Positions 40,997 to 54,777 of a DNA stretch of 64,000 bases are shown here, in pieces. The notes under the pieces were generated by a model. The model saw only the letters and a list, made by a program, of their open reading frames with translations. It made no database searches and was not told where the DNA came from. The DNA comes from Octopus vulgaris (taxonomy: Eukaryota): contig OX597816.1 in the NCBI GenBank assembly GCA_951406725.2, forward strand, positions 5,208,001 to 5,272,000, given 5' to 3'. The first letter of the stretch is position 1; every line of letters begins with the position of its first letter. The translations under genes and the position numbers were made by a program.

Positions 40997-42117
40997 GCAT
41001 TGAAAAAAACGGAAGAACAGTGATAGCAAGTTCACTTTTGCAAGTTGAAATTTATTTTCCATCCCTTCAAGGAATGACAAAATAAATATCAGGCAACTAA
41101 TGGAATTGGTTTAACCAAATATTGTCTTGTACTTATAGAGAAAAAAATATATAAATAAAAATCAATAGCTCTTGTTAAAGTAGGCCTTTACTAAAAGCAA
41201 TTCTACATTTTTAGCTCAAATTCCAGCGAATTTCCTCATCCCTCGTAGATCAATAAAATAAATGCTATTAAACTGCTGAGGTAAGCTCAACTGATATTAG
41301 CGGCTCAATTGATTACAATCCATTCTTAAATAACAAATAAAAAAACAAAAAACATTAACCTTGTGACTTTTGTAAAGAAATCAATAATCCTTCAATGTGT
41401 TGATTTGGCAACAGAGGTGCAACAAGCAGACTAAAAGCATTATTTCACATTTTTTTCCAATTGATAGCTATTGACCATGTGACTCTTTTGTGGAGGCAAA
41501 GCATTCCAACCATGACCAACCTAACACTTTAGGGACATCTATGATTGCTTTATCTAATGTGTCCTCTCCACAGTTAACACACTAAGGTAACATTTGAAGA
41601 AGATTTGGTTGTTATTTCTAGCAACCTTCATATCCATGTAGAAGCTTCTTTGTTTGGTTTCTAGCAGATTTGATTCCAAGACAAATTTGACCAAATGAAG
41701 GTTACTGTTTGATTATGCTTTTTCTTAACCCTAGGTCAGTCCCTTTCAGGACTAAGCCATGCTCAAGACCATTCCATCTGTGATCATGATGTATTTTATT
41801 CAGGCATAGTCTACTTAGGACTACATACTATCCTATGTTTTTAAGCTTGTAGAATGTGATTTAGGAGTGATTTAGTTGCTATTTCCAGCAGATTATTTTC
41901 TGTACTTTTTTTTTTCAAATATTTTCTTTGTTTAATTTTCAATGTTGTCAAATGATGATGTTGTTGTTGTTGTTGCTGTTGTTGTTGCCGACTAACCGCA
42001 ATTGAGTCTAATACAATTACCCACAGATGAGATGTCTGTAACCACATCCATCAATGCTTTGCAGTCTCTCAGCAAAACTAAATATGATATCTCATCTCTG
42101 CTGCTCACGCTGTCACT

Positions 42118-42780
<663 letters not shown>

Positions 42781-43083
42781 TGAGAACAATGCAACAATGC
42801 CTTTTGAATACAAACTCTGATGTATACAACAAATAACCATGGCAACAACAACAACAACAACAAGAACTGCAACAATGAAGCTACCACAGTATCAAACGCA
42901 TTGACAGAAGCTGTAGTAGTAGTAGTAGCAACAGTAGCATCACTAATAACAAAAGAACAATAGCTACATCAGCAACAGCTGCCTCACTGTCAGCAGCAGC
43001 AGTAGCCATGGAAGCAACATGTGAGTCATCTTCTATACTGAGGTGGAATTATAAACAAGGCTGCTGTTTAGTGCAAACACTCT

Positions 43084-43144
<61 letters not shown>

Positions 43145-43404
43145 GCATACAAGCACGCACACGGTTCCCCTGTGAATGTGTGACACATTTATAAAAATTG
43201 TTTTTGTTTGTTTGGAGGGAAACCAATCAAATCTTGATGACTAATCATAGTTTTGGTGTACTTATAAATATTTTTGCTTATATATTGTCGCACTACTTCC
43301 CGTCACCAACTGTTTCAACAAGCGGCAACATGATACTCAGAGTAATGCCTCAAGAAGGTTCAGTTTTTAATAACAATAATAATGATAATAATAATAATAA
43401 TAAT

Positions 43405-43634
43405 TTATTTCTTTACTACCAACAAGGGGCTAAAGACAGAGGGGACAAACAAGGACAGACAAACGGATTAAGTTGATTACATCGACCCCAGTGTGTTTAT
43501 TGGTACTTAATTTATCGACCCCGAAAGGATGAAAGGCAAAGTCGACCTCGGCGGAATTTGAACTCAGAACGTAATGGCAGACGAAATACCGCTAAGCATT
43601 TCGCCCGGCGTGCTAACGGTTCTGCCAGCTCGCC
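43405..43634 (-). mobile_element. SINE family B, full-length monomer in (TAA)n
   Basis: Intact head GGCGAGCTGGCAGAACCGTTAGCACGCCGGGCGAAATGC and B box. Confidence 0.9.
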
Positions 43635-43694
43635 TAATAATAATAATAATAATAATAATAATGATAATAATAATAATAATAAGCAACAATAAGC

Positions 43695-44150
43695 AACCAT
43701 ACTTTGGGATATACCAAAACACACAGATAGAGAAATTAAGGCCAATAGACCAGATATAGTTGTCAGAGATCATGAAGAAAAAAAATGTTTTCTAATCGAT
43801 GGTTATATTGATATACCATCAGATGACAATGTTTCTCTAAAAGAAATGAAGAAACTTTCAAAATACAAAGACCTGGAAACAAATATAACTTGAATGTGGA
43901 TCCTAAAAACAGAAGCAATTCCTATCATAAAAGGTGCATTAGGTACGATAAAAAAAATAGTCAGACAAATACATACCAAATATTTGTATTAGAAAATAGC
44001 ACTACTAGACATCACACACATCTTACATAAAACGCTTTCAATACAGTAAAAATAAGAACATCACGACAAATCACAGCATGTACCCAAGGCACACAGAGCT
44101 GTGCACGGTAGTGAAGTGAAAGCATGTCATAAAAATAAAACTACTGAATA
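43695..44150 (+). mobile_element. R4/Dong-like REL fragment (decayed) plus 3' UTR
   Basis: ILWDIPKHTDREIKANRPDIVVRDHEEKKCFLID...KLSKYKDL...PIIKGALG; (TAA)n flanks. Confidence 0.9.
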
Positions 44151-44177
44151 ATAATAATAATAATAATAATAATCATA

Positions 44178-44664
44178 AATGCCCTGATGCAGTACCAGGC
44201 AGTGGCTCTCGTGGCTTCTGATCTTAACTGATTGGAAGTGTTATCATGTACATTGTTTTGTCTTGGTATAAAAGATGGGCTGCAGCAAATATTCTGCTCA
44301 ATACCACAGATTTGCTTGTCAGTTGTTTGACCTTAACCAGTTGAGCATGTCCCTTAGTGGCTGACGATATGTGCATCTCTGATCACGAGCAGAAGTAGTG
44401 GGGGAGCATCATAGCCATGTGTTGAGAGGGATTCTTTGGGGTTTGAATAATTTACCTCTGGAAACATGGGTGTTTCATTCAACATTCTTAAACAACCCTT
44501 ATTCAGGGACCTTTTGAGTGGGATGGGTTACTCGACCAGAAGAAAATTCTAACTGGGCCCCACCTGCAAGGTCATGTGCTGGTTACCTTGATATGAGATC
44601 ACCATGTCACGCATTTATTTTACCCCAGTGTCACTTTGATTGTATGCACTGCTCTCTCTCACTC
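44178..44664 (+). mobile_element. Family T element with an internal deletion near 44613
   Basis: Aligns to 1995-2532 but lacks about 75 bp before TATTTTACCCCAGTG. Confidence 0.87.
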
Positions 44665-44752
44665 AATAATAATATGAATAATAATAATAATATAATAATA
44701 ATAATAATGATAATAATAATAAAGACAGGGAAGAAAATAATAATAATAATAA

Positions 44753-45202
44753 TAAAGACAGGGAAGAAAATACCTGCAGACTAATAGAGGTAAGCGTCCC
44801 CACTGATAAAAATATATCTGTAAAGGAATTTGACAAACTTAGTAAATATAAGGACCTGGAAATCGAAATACAAAAGATGTGGAATCTTAAAACAAAAACT
44901 GTTCCTGTTATTGTAGGTGCCCTAGGTATGATAAAAAAGGGATGTCAGAAACACCTAGACAATATCCCTGGAGAACTATGTCTCAAGGAAATCCAAAAGA
45001 TTGTGATAACAAGTACTGCCCACATCCTTAGAAAAACCCTATCAATGTAAATGTTTGTGTTTGTATTACATGGAGATATTTCTCTACTTCCCCTCCCCAA
45101 GCTTTCAGCTATATTTCAACAACTCTTAACCTTCACTTGCCCTAGGGCGCTGGGTGTGCCCGGCAAGTGATTGCATCAAACATGCAGATTAAAAGTAAAT
45201 GA
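44753..45202 (+). mobile_element. R4/Dong-like REL C-terminus (open frame) plus 3' UTR
   Basis: KDREENTCRLIEVSVPTDKNISVKEFDKLSKYKDLEIEIQKMWNLKTKTVPVIVGALGMIKKG...IQKIVITSTAHILRKTLSM*; (TAA)n flanks. Confidence 0.92.
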
Positions 45203-45953
45203 CAATAATAATAATAATAATATAATGATAATGATCCATTCAATTGAAATGAAAATTTTCCGAGGTGGTGCTCCAGCATGGCCACAGTCTAATGAGACTG
45301 AAACAAGTAAAAGATATCAATGGTACTGAAGACTATGTAGAAAACAATATTATAACGGGTGTTATATATACATGTGTATGTATGTATCTGTGTGTGTACA
45401 TATATGTATATATGTATCATCATCATCATCATTATTGTTTAACGTCCGTTTTCCATGCTAGCATGGGTTGGACGGTTCGACTGGGGTCAGGGAGCCAGTA
45501 GGCTGCGCCAGGCTCCAGTCTGATCTGGCAGTGTTTCTAAAGCTGGATGCCTTTCCTCATGCCAACCACTCCATGAGTGTGGTGGGTGCATTTTATGTGC
45601 CACTGACACAAGGGTCCAAGGGAGGCTGGCAAACGGCCACAATCGGTTGGTGCTTTTTACGTGCCATCGGCACGGAAGCCAATCAAGGCGGCGCTGGCAT
45701 CAACCAGGTTTGGACAGTGCTTTTTACATACCACCGGTACGCAACTACAATTTTCATTTGATTTTCATTTTGATTTTGATGTACTTGACTCAACAGGCCT
45801 CCTCAAGCATGGCATGTTGCCCTATGATCCAAGGTACTTTTGAATGGGCTGGGGCTGGGGCTGGTTATGCAAAACTGGTGTAAATATGTATATATGTGTT
45901 ATTCGCTTCCACTGTTTTCCAGAGGCACGTGCGAGTATCTCACTTATATTCTC

Positions 45954-46026
45954 TCGTAAGCTTAACTGAAGACGAACGAACACTTATGGTGTTGATTCCG
46001 AAATTGATTCAATATTAAGATAACGA
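45954..46026 (+). ncRNA. Type I hammerhead ribozyme motif with intact catalytic core
   Basis: CTTAA(45961)-CTGAAGA(45966-72)-stem II c GAA cg AACAC ttatg GTGTT ga TTC c-GAAA(46000-03)-TTG att CAA-T-A(46014)-TTAAG. Stem I is extended by TCGT/ACGA across an internal loop. Confidence 0.78.
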
Positions 46027-46246
46027 AATTTAAATGTTCCAAAGGTAGAGTTGCCCGCATTTCAGTTCAACTTTCTGTAGCAAGTAGATTAAACGTGGAT
46101 TTCAGTATATTGGCTTTAGAAAACTTTCTTTAGCCCTTGCATATAAGATATTTATAATTTTAACCGTAAAGGTTCTTTTAATATACTGCCACAATTCCTG
46201 ATGGAGTTTTTTTCTGTAGAGAAAAAGGCTACATCCCTTTTAATAG

Positions 46247-46289
<43 letters not shown>

Positions 46290-46443
46290 ATACATCAGCT
46301 GTTGAGGGAAATGAATGTTTGTTTTCCTCCCAGAATTGAAAGATGCTTCAAGAGATAGACTTCAAGAATCACAAGCTTCTATCGTGTACAACATTATAAA
46401 CAACCACAATGTATGACAACAGAAGTGGAAAAACGATTTTTCC

Positions 46444-46482
<39 letters not shown>

Positions 46483-46639
46483 TTCTTCATTAATCTCTCT
46501 CTCTCTCTCTCTCTCTGTTTATCTCTGCTTCCAGTAATCTCTCTTTTTGTCATTCAAAGAATAACAGTCAACCGCAGTTTCTAATGAGTTATACATAGAT
46601 ACATACATACATACATACATACATACATACATACATACA

Positions 46640-46672
<33 letters not shown>

Positions 46673-46839
46673 CTATAAATACATATATGTATTTATATAT
46701 ATATAAATATATATACTCGCGCACACAAACACACACACATATATAGAGAGAACGGGAGTTATATATACGTATCTATATATACATGAATGTATGTCTATAA
46801 ATATATACATATATATATATATATACACACACACATATA

Positions 46840-46889
<50 letters not shown>

Positions 46890-46903
46890 TATATGTTTAC
46901 AGT

Positions 46904-46934
<31 letters not shown>

Positions 46935-47295
46935 GCCATTCTGTTATTGCAGTAGTCATGTTTCCCTGTTTTTTTTTTGTATTTATTGTGTTCATTTTGT
47001 TTTTGTTTTTGTTTCTTCTTTGTTTTTTTTTTTTTTTTGTTTTAACCATTTGTCTGTTAGAGGTAAATAATTAATAGCTAAGTGCATGTGTACAAGTCTA
47101 CAGAGCAAAGCAAACCATTACAAAACAGAGTCCTGGAGCAATTATTTAAACAGTCAGATTTTCTTATGGTTTCTATGGCAACTAACTTTTTATTGAGTAT
47201 CAATTTCGGACATTTTACTTGTCAGAAAATAAGTATCAGTAGCTCATACGTATGTGCGTGTGTATGTGCATGAATGCATATATATGTGGGTGGGG

Positions 47296-47405
<110 letters not shown>

Positions 47406-47924
47406 TATACACATATATACTCACATGTATATATGTATGTATGTATATGATATTCAGGGAAACTGTCATAAAATCATGTGATACGAAGCCTGTTTCAAGT
47501 CCACTTGTTCTCACAGATTCCGGAAAGAAAGAAGTGTAATTGTTATTATGGAAGCTTATATGGCTTTCAAATTTTGGCACAAGGCCAGCAATTTCAAAGG
47601 TAAGGGATAATTGATTGCACTGACTCCTGAGTTCAGGTGGTAATTATTTTATCAACTCCAAAAGGATGGAAGGCTTTTCATCCTTACTCTCCAGGAGTCA
47701 GACTCTCCAAGATGTATTTCATGTACAGAAGAGTCCACATGCATAGAAGAGTCAGCTTATGTATTGAAAGTGAAGGATGGCACTTTCAACAGCTCTTATA
47801 AAGAGTTTTAAAGTCTCGTAAAGTCTAATGAATTCTTTTGTAGTCTTATACCATCTTGTAAATATTTATTTTGCAATAAAACACTTACTGCAGGGAGTCT
47901 TTTTGAACACGCTATATGTATTTA

Positions 47925-48316
47925 TCTCTCTCTATATAAAGCTGCAGTTGTCTGTGCATGGCAGGTTTGGTAGCCTTCAACTAACACTATCTCCTTTGAG
48001 ACCCTGCGGCTCAAGTTGACCAAAATTGAGAGTATGATAGAAGAAGGCTTGTTCTTCCTTCCGTAGAAGATAAAATTCAAATCGGACCATGTTAACACCA
48101 AAAATTATTTACATCAAAAAGGTGCTTTTTTTTCTATGAAAATCCCTATTTTTTACGATTTTTGACTGCCGTGTCGCCATTTTTCGGTGTATTTCAACCA
48201 GAAAAATATTCACTTAAAGAGAATAACAAGCTATATAATGCAAAATTTTTACTTTTCAAAAATTCCAATTCTAAAGGGTCGAAACAAACCCAAGCAACGC
48301 CAGGCATTACTGCTAG
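47925..48316 (+). mobile_element. Non-autonomous Helitron
   Basis: 5' A|TCTCTCTCTATATAAA, 3' decayed GC-rich hairpin CCCAAGCAACGCCAGG, then CTAG|T; inserted between A and T with no TSD. Confidence 0.8.
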
Positions 48317-48518
48317 TTTTATTATAAATGCAAAACAAGAGCATGGATGAATCGTCATAAGCTTAAATAATAAACCGCGATGGATAAACCGTAATATGGT
48401 GAGGGATTAGTATAAAGAAGATCTGTAAACTGGTGAACCCCTTCCTGTAAAGGGATTAGTTACTGAAACGCGGCTCACAGGAATGCAGTGAATTGATGAT
48501 TTTAAAGTGTTAGACATA

Positions 48519-48946
48519 GGCGCAGGAGTGGCTGTGTGGTAAGTAGCTTGCTAACCAACCACATGGTTCCGGGTTCAGTCCCACTGCGTGGCATCTTGGG
48601 CAAGTGTCTTCTGCTATAGCCCCGGGCCGACCAATGCCTTGTGATTGGATTTGGCAGACGGAAACTGAAAGAAGCCTGTCATATATGTATATATGTATAT
48701 ATATAAGTGTGTGTGTGTGTTTACCTGTCTGTGTTTGTCCTCCTAGCATTGCTTGACAACCGATGCTGGTGTGTTTACGTCCCCGTCACCTAGTGGTTTG
48801 GCAAAAGAGACCGATAGAATAATTACTGGGCTTACAAAGAATAAGTCCCGGGGTTGAATTGCTCGACTAAAGGCAGTGCTCCAGCATGGCCGCAGTCAAA
48901 TGACTGAAACAAGTAAAAGAGTAAAAGAGTAAAAAGAGTAAAGAGT
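48519..48946 (+). mobile_element. SINE family C, full length
   Basis: tRNA-like head, CORE-like GCATCTTGGGCAAGTGTCTT, internal TA/TG spacer, LINE-like tail and (GTAAAAGA)n end. Confidence 0.92.
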
Positions 48947-49236
48947 ATTGCAGTATGAAAGCAATCTCTGAGAGAAACTTTTATCTGCTAGCATCCTCAT
49001 CAGTAGAAGAAAGAACTTTATTTACAATCAGAAAGTTAAAGAAGATAAAAGTGAATCTGTGCTGATGGAAAATTAAACAAGAAGTAATCTAATGGATCGA
49101 GTAAATGGAATTAAAAGACAGTGAAGTCGCAGTGAAGTTGAGGTGGTTTCAGAGGATGTAATTTGGAGCTGAGACAAAGATGCATGCGTAAATAGCATTA
49201 TTCCATTTAGTCATAAATCGTGTTAGTCCATTTAGT

Positions 49237-49489
49237 CACTGGTTCTGCAACCCAATGTCTATGGTGGCTTGCTGAATAGTTTGTTCTAGTTTTTGGACAG
49301 CAAGAGTATCAATGTGAACTTGTGTGTTGAAACCAATTTTAATGTTTTGTCTTGGGAGGACCATTACTCCAATAATAATAAACCCACACACTGGTTATTT
49401 AAATAACACATTAAACAAATGATTGATTAGTTACTTGGTTAAATATTTAACCGATTGACTAACAGTAAAGAAGTGATATTGAACCAGTG
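49237..49489. mobile_element. MITE-like element with CACTGGTTC TIRs
   Basis: CACTGGTTC...GAACCAGTG; the right half resembles 24570-24661. Confidence 0.5.
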
Positions 49490-50838
49490 CATGATAGATA
49501 GACCATAAAGCATCTCTGTTGATGTACCAACAATTCTGCTATTCTACCACCTACAGACCAATGTGAAATGTAGTGTTTTGCTCAAGAACTCAACCTACTG
49601 CCCAGTCTAGGAATCGAACCCCGCAATCTAGCAATGATGAGAGCAAAACCCTAACCACTAGGCCACTTGTTTTCACATTTAATGAAAGAAGGTTTAAATG
49701 TAAAATATTAACAAAGAGCACCCACTACACTCACGGGTTGGCGTTAGGAAGGGCATCCAGCTGTAGAAACTCTGCTGAATCAAGACTGGAGCCTGGCGCA
49801 GCCTCCTGGCTTCCCAGACCCCGGTCGAACCGTCCAACCCATGCTAGCATGGAAAACGGGCATTAAACAATGATGATGATGAATATGACACATGACTGGA
49901 GAACTTGATTACTTATAATGTTTCCAGCTTATCACAAAGCGGTGCTTCAATCATAAGATACCAATTTTATTCTGTGAATAACCATTCTATGCGGTGTCTC
50001 TCCCAATCAGTCAGTTAACTGGAAAGCATGGGAGTGCATGTGGGATGCTGGTGTAGACCACATTGGAACCAAATGTAAGAGACTGCATGAAGGGAAGAGG
50101 AGATATTGCCATCAACCAACTGCAGTTATTGTTCTGAGTCCCTTTCAGCAGCTTTGGTGCCACAGGATCTGTCCGTCTCATATCGGTCTTGCCAGCAACA
50201 TCATCTGTTCCCGTGAGGAACAATGTGTTGGAGGCGAAGGAGGGAAAATGTCTTGTATCGACGCTGCCATCATCACTGATCCGCCATCGTAAGCAAGCAA
50301 ACAAATAAGCAAACACGACCTAGACAATCTTGATTGTTGTGTACGCATGGGTGGCCATGTCATGTTCCTCTATTATTTCTTTAGTGTAGTTCTACTCACA
50401 ACAAACTGAAAAGAAAACAACCCAACAGCAATTACAACAATAACGTTAGTTGTGGTAACTAATTAATCATTTCGGATATTTATTAACCATCAATAGATAA
50501 CGAAAGGAACAAACCTTTCCGATAATCAATGGAGTTTATTCCAATCTTTGAATAAATAATTAAAGTTTTTGTATTGAGTTGCTTTCTGAAAAAATGTTGT
50601 CAGAACAAAAACAGGAATAATAGCAGACAAATGATAAAAGCATCCTGATGCTATTTGATGGCAGATAATACAGATGGTCTCTACCATTTTAGTGCTTGAC
50701 TAAATTATTTACGGTCGTCACAGTTGGCCATCTTGATTCGGCTTTCATGTTCGAGACACAAGTTTTAACGCACCTGAGCACTGGATTCAATAAGCTAGTT
50801 ATTATTACTACTACCACTATTATTATTATCATTATTAT

Positions 50839-50910
<72 letters not shown>

Positions 50911-50928
50911 CATTATTATTATCATTAT

Positions 50929-51136
50929 TGCCTTTGCACAGCTTCTAATGCTGGAGATGTACTATGGTGTCAGCTGTTCACTACCAGTGAACTAAGGTTA
51001 ACACCTCTTATTTTTTTAGTACCATCTGGGGTATTCGGGCAGTTCCAAGCAGTGCTGTTTTCTGCAAGTGCTCCACCCTTATTGCAGCCCCTGTTTGTTC
51101 CATGTACTTCTCAAGATCTTTACTCACTGTTCTCAG
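50929..51136 (-). mobile_element. R4/Dong-like 3' end
   Basis: Near-identical to 19172-19380; (TTA)n on its 3' side. Confidence 0.88.
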
Positions 51137-51519
51137 TACTGCCTGACTGGCCCCCGTGCCGGTGGCATGTAAAAAGCACCCACTACACTCATGGAGTGGT
51201 TGGCATTAGGGAGGGCATCCAGCTGTAGAAACTCTGCCAGATCAAGATTGGAGCCCGGTGCAGCCATCTGGTTTGCCAGCCTTCAGTCAAAATCGTCCAA
51301 CCCATGCTAGCATGGAAAGCGGACATTAAGCGATGATGATGATATATATAAATATATGTATATATTGTACATATAAAAAATGTATACATATTGATAGGGC
51401 AACCAGTCTGCTGTTTAAGTAGCTTATAAACATTTTTTAAAGCTTCATCAGCAATTATTTTCCGTTTTGGGAATTGGTTTGCAAGATTCTTTATATGAGT
51501 TGGTGTGTTGAAGCATATT

Positions 51520-51667
51520 CTGTTGTGTCTGGGGAGAATCATTTTCTTTTTGTGCCTTATAATGTAACACACTCACCGGTAAAAATAAGAAATAAGTGGA
51601 AATTTTACTGGTGAGTGTGTTACATTATAAGGCACAAAAAGAAAATGATTCTCCCCAGACACAACAG
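51520..51667. repeat. Near-perfect 65-bp inverted repeat with 18-nt spacer
   Basis: Arms at 51520-51584 and 51603-51667, with a single mismatch. Confidence 0.97.
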
Positions 51668-52090
51668 GATCAATTATGATGACAAATCTATTAATTGTAG
51701 CAGCTAAGTTTTATTAGTGTGGGGGTAACAATTTTTTAAAAAATTTTTAGTTAATCATCAGAATGGGATTCAAAAGCAAAAAATAAATTTGATAATCTGA
51801 TTCCTTTCATCCCTTTCTTTTTCTAAAACATATGTAAAAAAAAAAAGAAAAAAAAAAACATACAAGAAGTAGAAATAGAAAGAAAAGAAAGGAAAAGATG
51901 ATATTGCTAAGCATTTAGTGGATTAGTTTTTAACTATAATCTAAGTAATAGCATGGATAATTAGGTCTATATTTTAATCCAACCACAACAAATAACGGAT
52001 GAAGCTTAGCTGAAGTATGCTGCAGGTATTCACTGGTAATAAACTGTTACCTGTTTCAGTCACAGGGTCGTTGCAGTGTCTGTGCACAAA

Positions 52091-52635
52091 GGTGGCGAGC
52101 TGGCAGAATCGTTAGCACACCAGGTGAAATGCCTAGGGGTATTTCGTCTGCCGCTATGTTCTGAGTTCAAATTCCGCCGAGGTCGACTTTGCTTTTCATC
52201 CTTTCGGAGTCGATTAAATAAGTACCAGTTATGCACTGGTGTCGATGTAATTGACTTAAACCCTTTGTCTATCATTGTTTGTCCTTTCTATGTTTAGCCC
52301 CTTGTGAGTAGTAAAGAAATAGGTGAAATACTTAGGGGTATTTTGTCTGCCGCTATGTTCTGAGTTCAAATTCCGCCGAGGTCGACTTTGCTTTTCATCC
52401 TTTCGGGGCCGATTAAATAAGTACCAGTTATGCGCTGGGGTCGATATAATCGACTTAATCCATTTGTCTGTCCTTGTTTGTCCCCCCTGTGAGTAGCCCC
52501 TTGTGGGTAGTAAAGAAATAAGAAACGTTAGCAAGCCGGGTGGAATGCTTAGCAGTATTTCGTCTGCCACTACGTTCTGAGTTCAAATTTTGCTGAGGTC
52601 GACTTTGCCTTTCAACCTTTCGGGGTCGATAAATA
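52091..52635 (+). mobile_element. SINE family B tandem trimer
   Basis: One full unit, then units restarting at about 52322 and 52521 directly after GTAAAGAAATA; the last unit is 3'-truncated. Confidence 0.88.
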
Positions 52636-53384
52636 TAAGGACACAGATCATGTTGTATAGCCAGCTGGAGACGATGTCTCCTGGGGCTAAATTACAGTAA
52701 CATTTGTCCTAAACCAGGACTGCCATGTTATGTTGGCAAACAATCTTTACTCAAACTCTAGCACTTAATCTTGTTTTTTTCTTCTTTGTAAAGCCTTGTA
52801 TTTGTTCCGAGGTGCTGTGCAATGGGACTGAACTCAAGACCACATAGTTGGGAAGTAAGCTTCTTAGCCAGACATCTACGCCTATACCTACGTTACGGGA
52901 GATTAAATTTTTAATAAGTCCAAACGAGATCCCACTCAGTCTATAAACATAATCTAATGAATAATGGAATAAGTCTTGGTTGCCGGTACCATTGGGATGG
53001 TTCCTGATCCATGAATGAGGTCGCTATGTGACTTTCATGCAACGATAAATTTACGATGGCAAAGTCAATCCATAAATCTAATCAATATATGTGACTAAAG
53101 CTGGATTTCATTCACTTTAACAATATCGAGCAATTACGAAACCTCTCTCTCTCACTCTCCCCCTCTCTCTCTCTCACTCTCTCTATTTCTCCCCCACTCT
53201 ATCTCTCTCTCTCTCTCTCTTCACAACTCTTGCTGACTCATATAATACTCGTACATATATCATATTCCTGTAGCAGTAAACATTATGAATAGTTCTTTGT
53301 TGTTGTGTTATGAAAGCTTGTGAGAAGAGGAGGGAGTGATGGCGTGACATTTGCAAGTCTTTGGCTTGAGCTTCGGTAAATTTA

Positions 53385-53918
53385 TCTATTTTTACTTCAT
53401 CTAGTTTCAGCTCACGAGCTGTGGCCATGCTGGGGCACCGCCATTTGGTGTTGCTACATGATTTTACTTCACGAATGCTTTTTAGCAATTGACATTTGGT
53501 GCATGAGAGAGTTTGATGCAGCTTCCCCCATCTGCACCTCCTATCGTGAAGTTGGCCATGCTGGGGCACAGCCATTTGGTGTTGCTACATGATTTTACTT
53601 CACGAATGCTTTTTAGCAATTGACATTTGGTGCATTAGAGAGTTTGATGCAGCTTCCCCCATCTGCACCTCCTGCCGTGAAGTTGGTTCGTCTGGGACAC
53701 CCGACAGGAAGAGGTCCAGCTTTATTTTGAAGACACCTACATTCACCCCATGCAGGTCTCTCAGGTACTTCGGGAGGATATTGAAGAGCTGTGGACCTCA
53801 GAAGCCCAGGTTATTGCAGTATCTTGTCCTACATCTTGATGGCAAATTTGGAGTCCTTGGCACTATGCAGTGGCGCCCAGTTCTAGTACTTGTGTAACTC
53901 TCGATGCCAAAGTTTGGG
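53385..53918 (-). mobile_element. CR1/L2-group LINE 3' end with a 131-bp tandem duplication
   Basis: Minus strand PNFGIESYTSTRTGRHC...LGF*GPQLFNILPKYLRDLHGVNVGVFKIKLDLFLSGVPDEP...AASNSL; TGGCCATGCTGGGGCAC at 53422 and 53553. Confidence 0.85.
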
Positions 53919-54364
53919 TCAAAATGGTCAAATTCTGCAAGAGAATGTGGGAACGAATTTCCAGAGGATTGAACTACAAGGGAGAAAGGATGAAGGACAG
54001 GTTGAAGTTTTTGGTAACAAAGCAGAGTGGTAAAATGCAGATAAAAGAAAAAAGTGTTTTACCACCGCTCATAAAAGATATATTTTGTCAGTTAGGTTGC
54101 AAACATAAGAGATATGAAGAACTGTCCACATGTACCGAGATTACTCACTGTGGCTAAATGCTGTGTACTCTGGGGTACAGTTCTCAGAATCAGAAATTAT
54201 GAGAGAAACCAAAAAGAGGGAAGCTTCACAGAAGCAAGAATCCCTTTGGGTTCCCATTCTCCTATTACATGACCCCACTGGAAGTGTGGGTTTTATGCCA
54301 ATATTTCTTTAAAAACAACCCCACGATCCATGAAGGATGAATGTCAGATGGATATAAGAATATA

Positions 54365-54777
54365 TATTTCTTTACTACCCACAAGGGGCTAAACACAGAG
54401 GGGACAAACAAGGACAGACAAACGGATTAAGTCGATTACATCAACCCCAGTGTATAACTGGTACTTAATTTATCGATCCTGAAAGGATGAAAGGCTAAGT
54501 CGACCTTAGCGGAATTTGAACTCAGTACGTAGCGGCAGATGAACTACCTATTTCTTTACTACCCACAAGGGGCTAAACATGGAGGGGAAAAAACAAGGAC
54601 AGACAAAGGGATTAAGTCGATTACATCGACCCCAGTGCATAACTGGTACTTAATTTATCGACCCCCGAAAGGATGAAAGGCAAAGTCGACCTCGGCAGAA
54701 TTTGAACACAGAACGGCAGACGAAATAGCGCTAGGCATTTCACCTGGTGAGCTAACGTTTCTGCCAGCTTGCCACCT
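54365..54777 (-). mobile_element. SINE family B dimer
   Basis: 17-bp TSD ATGGAT(A/G)TAAGAATATA at 54348-54364 and 54778-54794; junction near 54547. Confidence 0.9.

Noticed and set aside
50011-50363. GC-richer island with overlapping 61-101 aa ORFs
   Set aside because: No recognisable domain, convincing splice sites or preferred frame; may be a decayed repeat.
51400-51455. Minus-strand CTGATGA followed by an AGCTT/AAGCT hairpin
   Set aside because: No GAAA or UH follows, so it is not a hammerhead as written.
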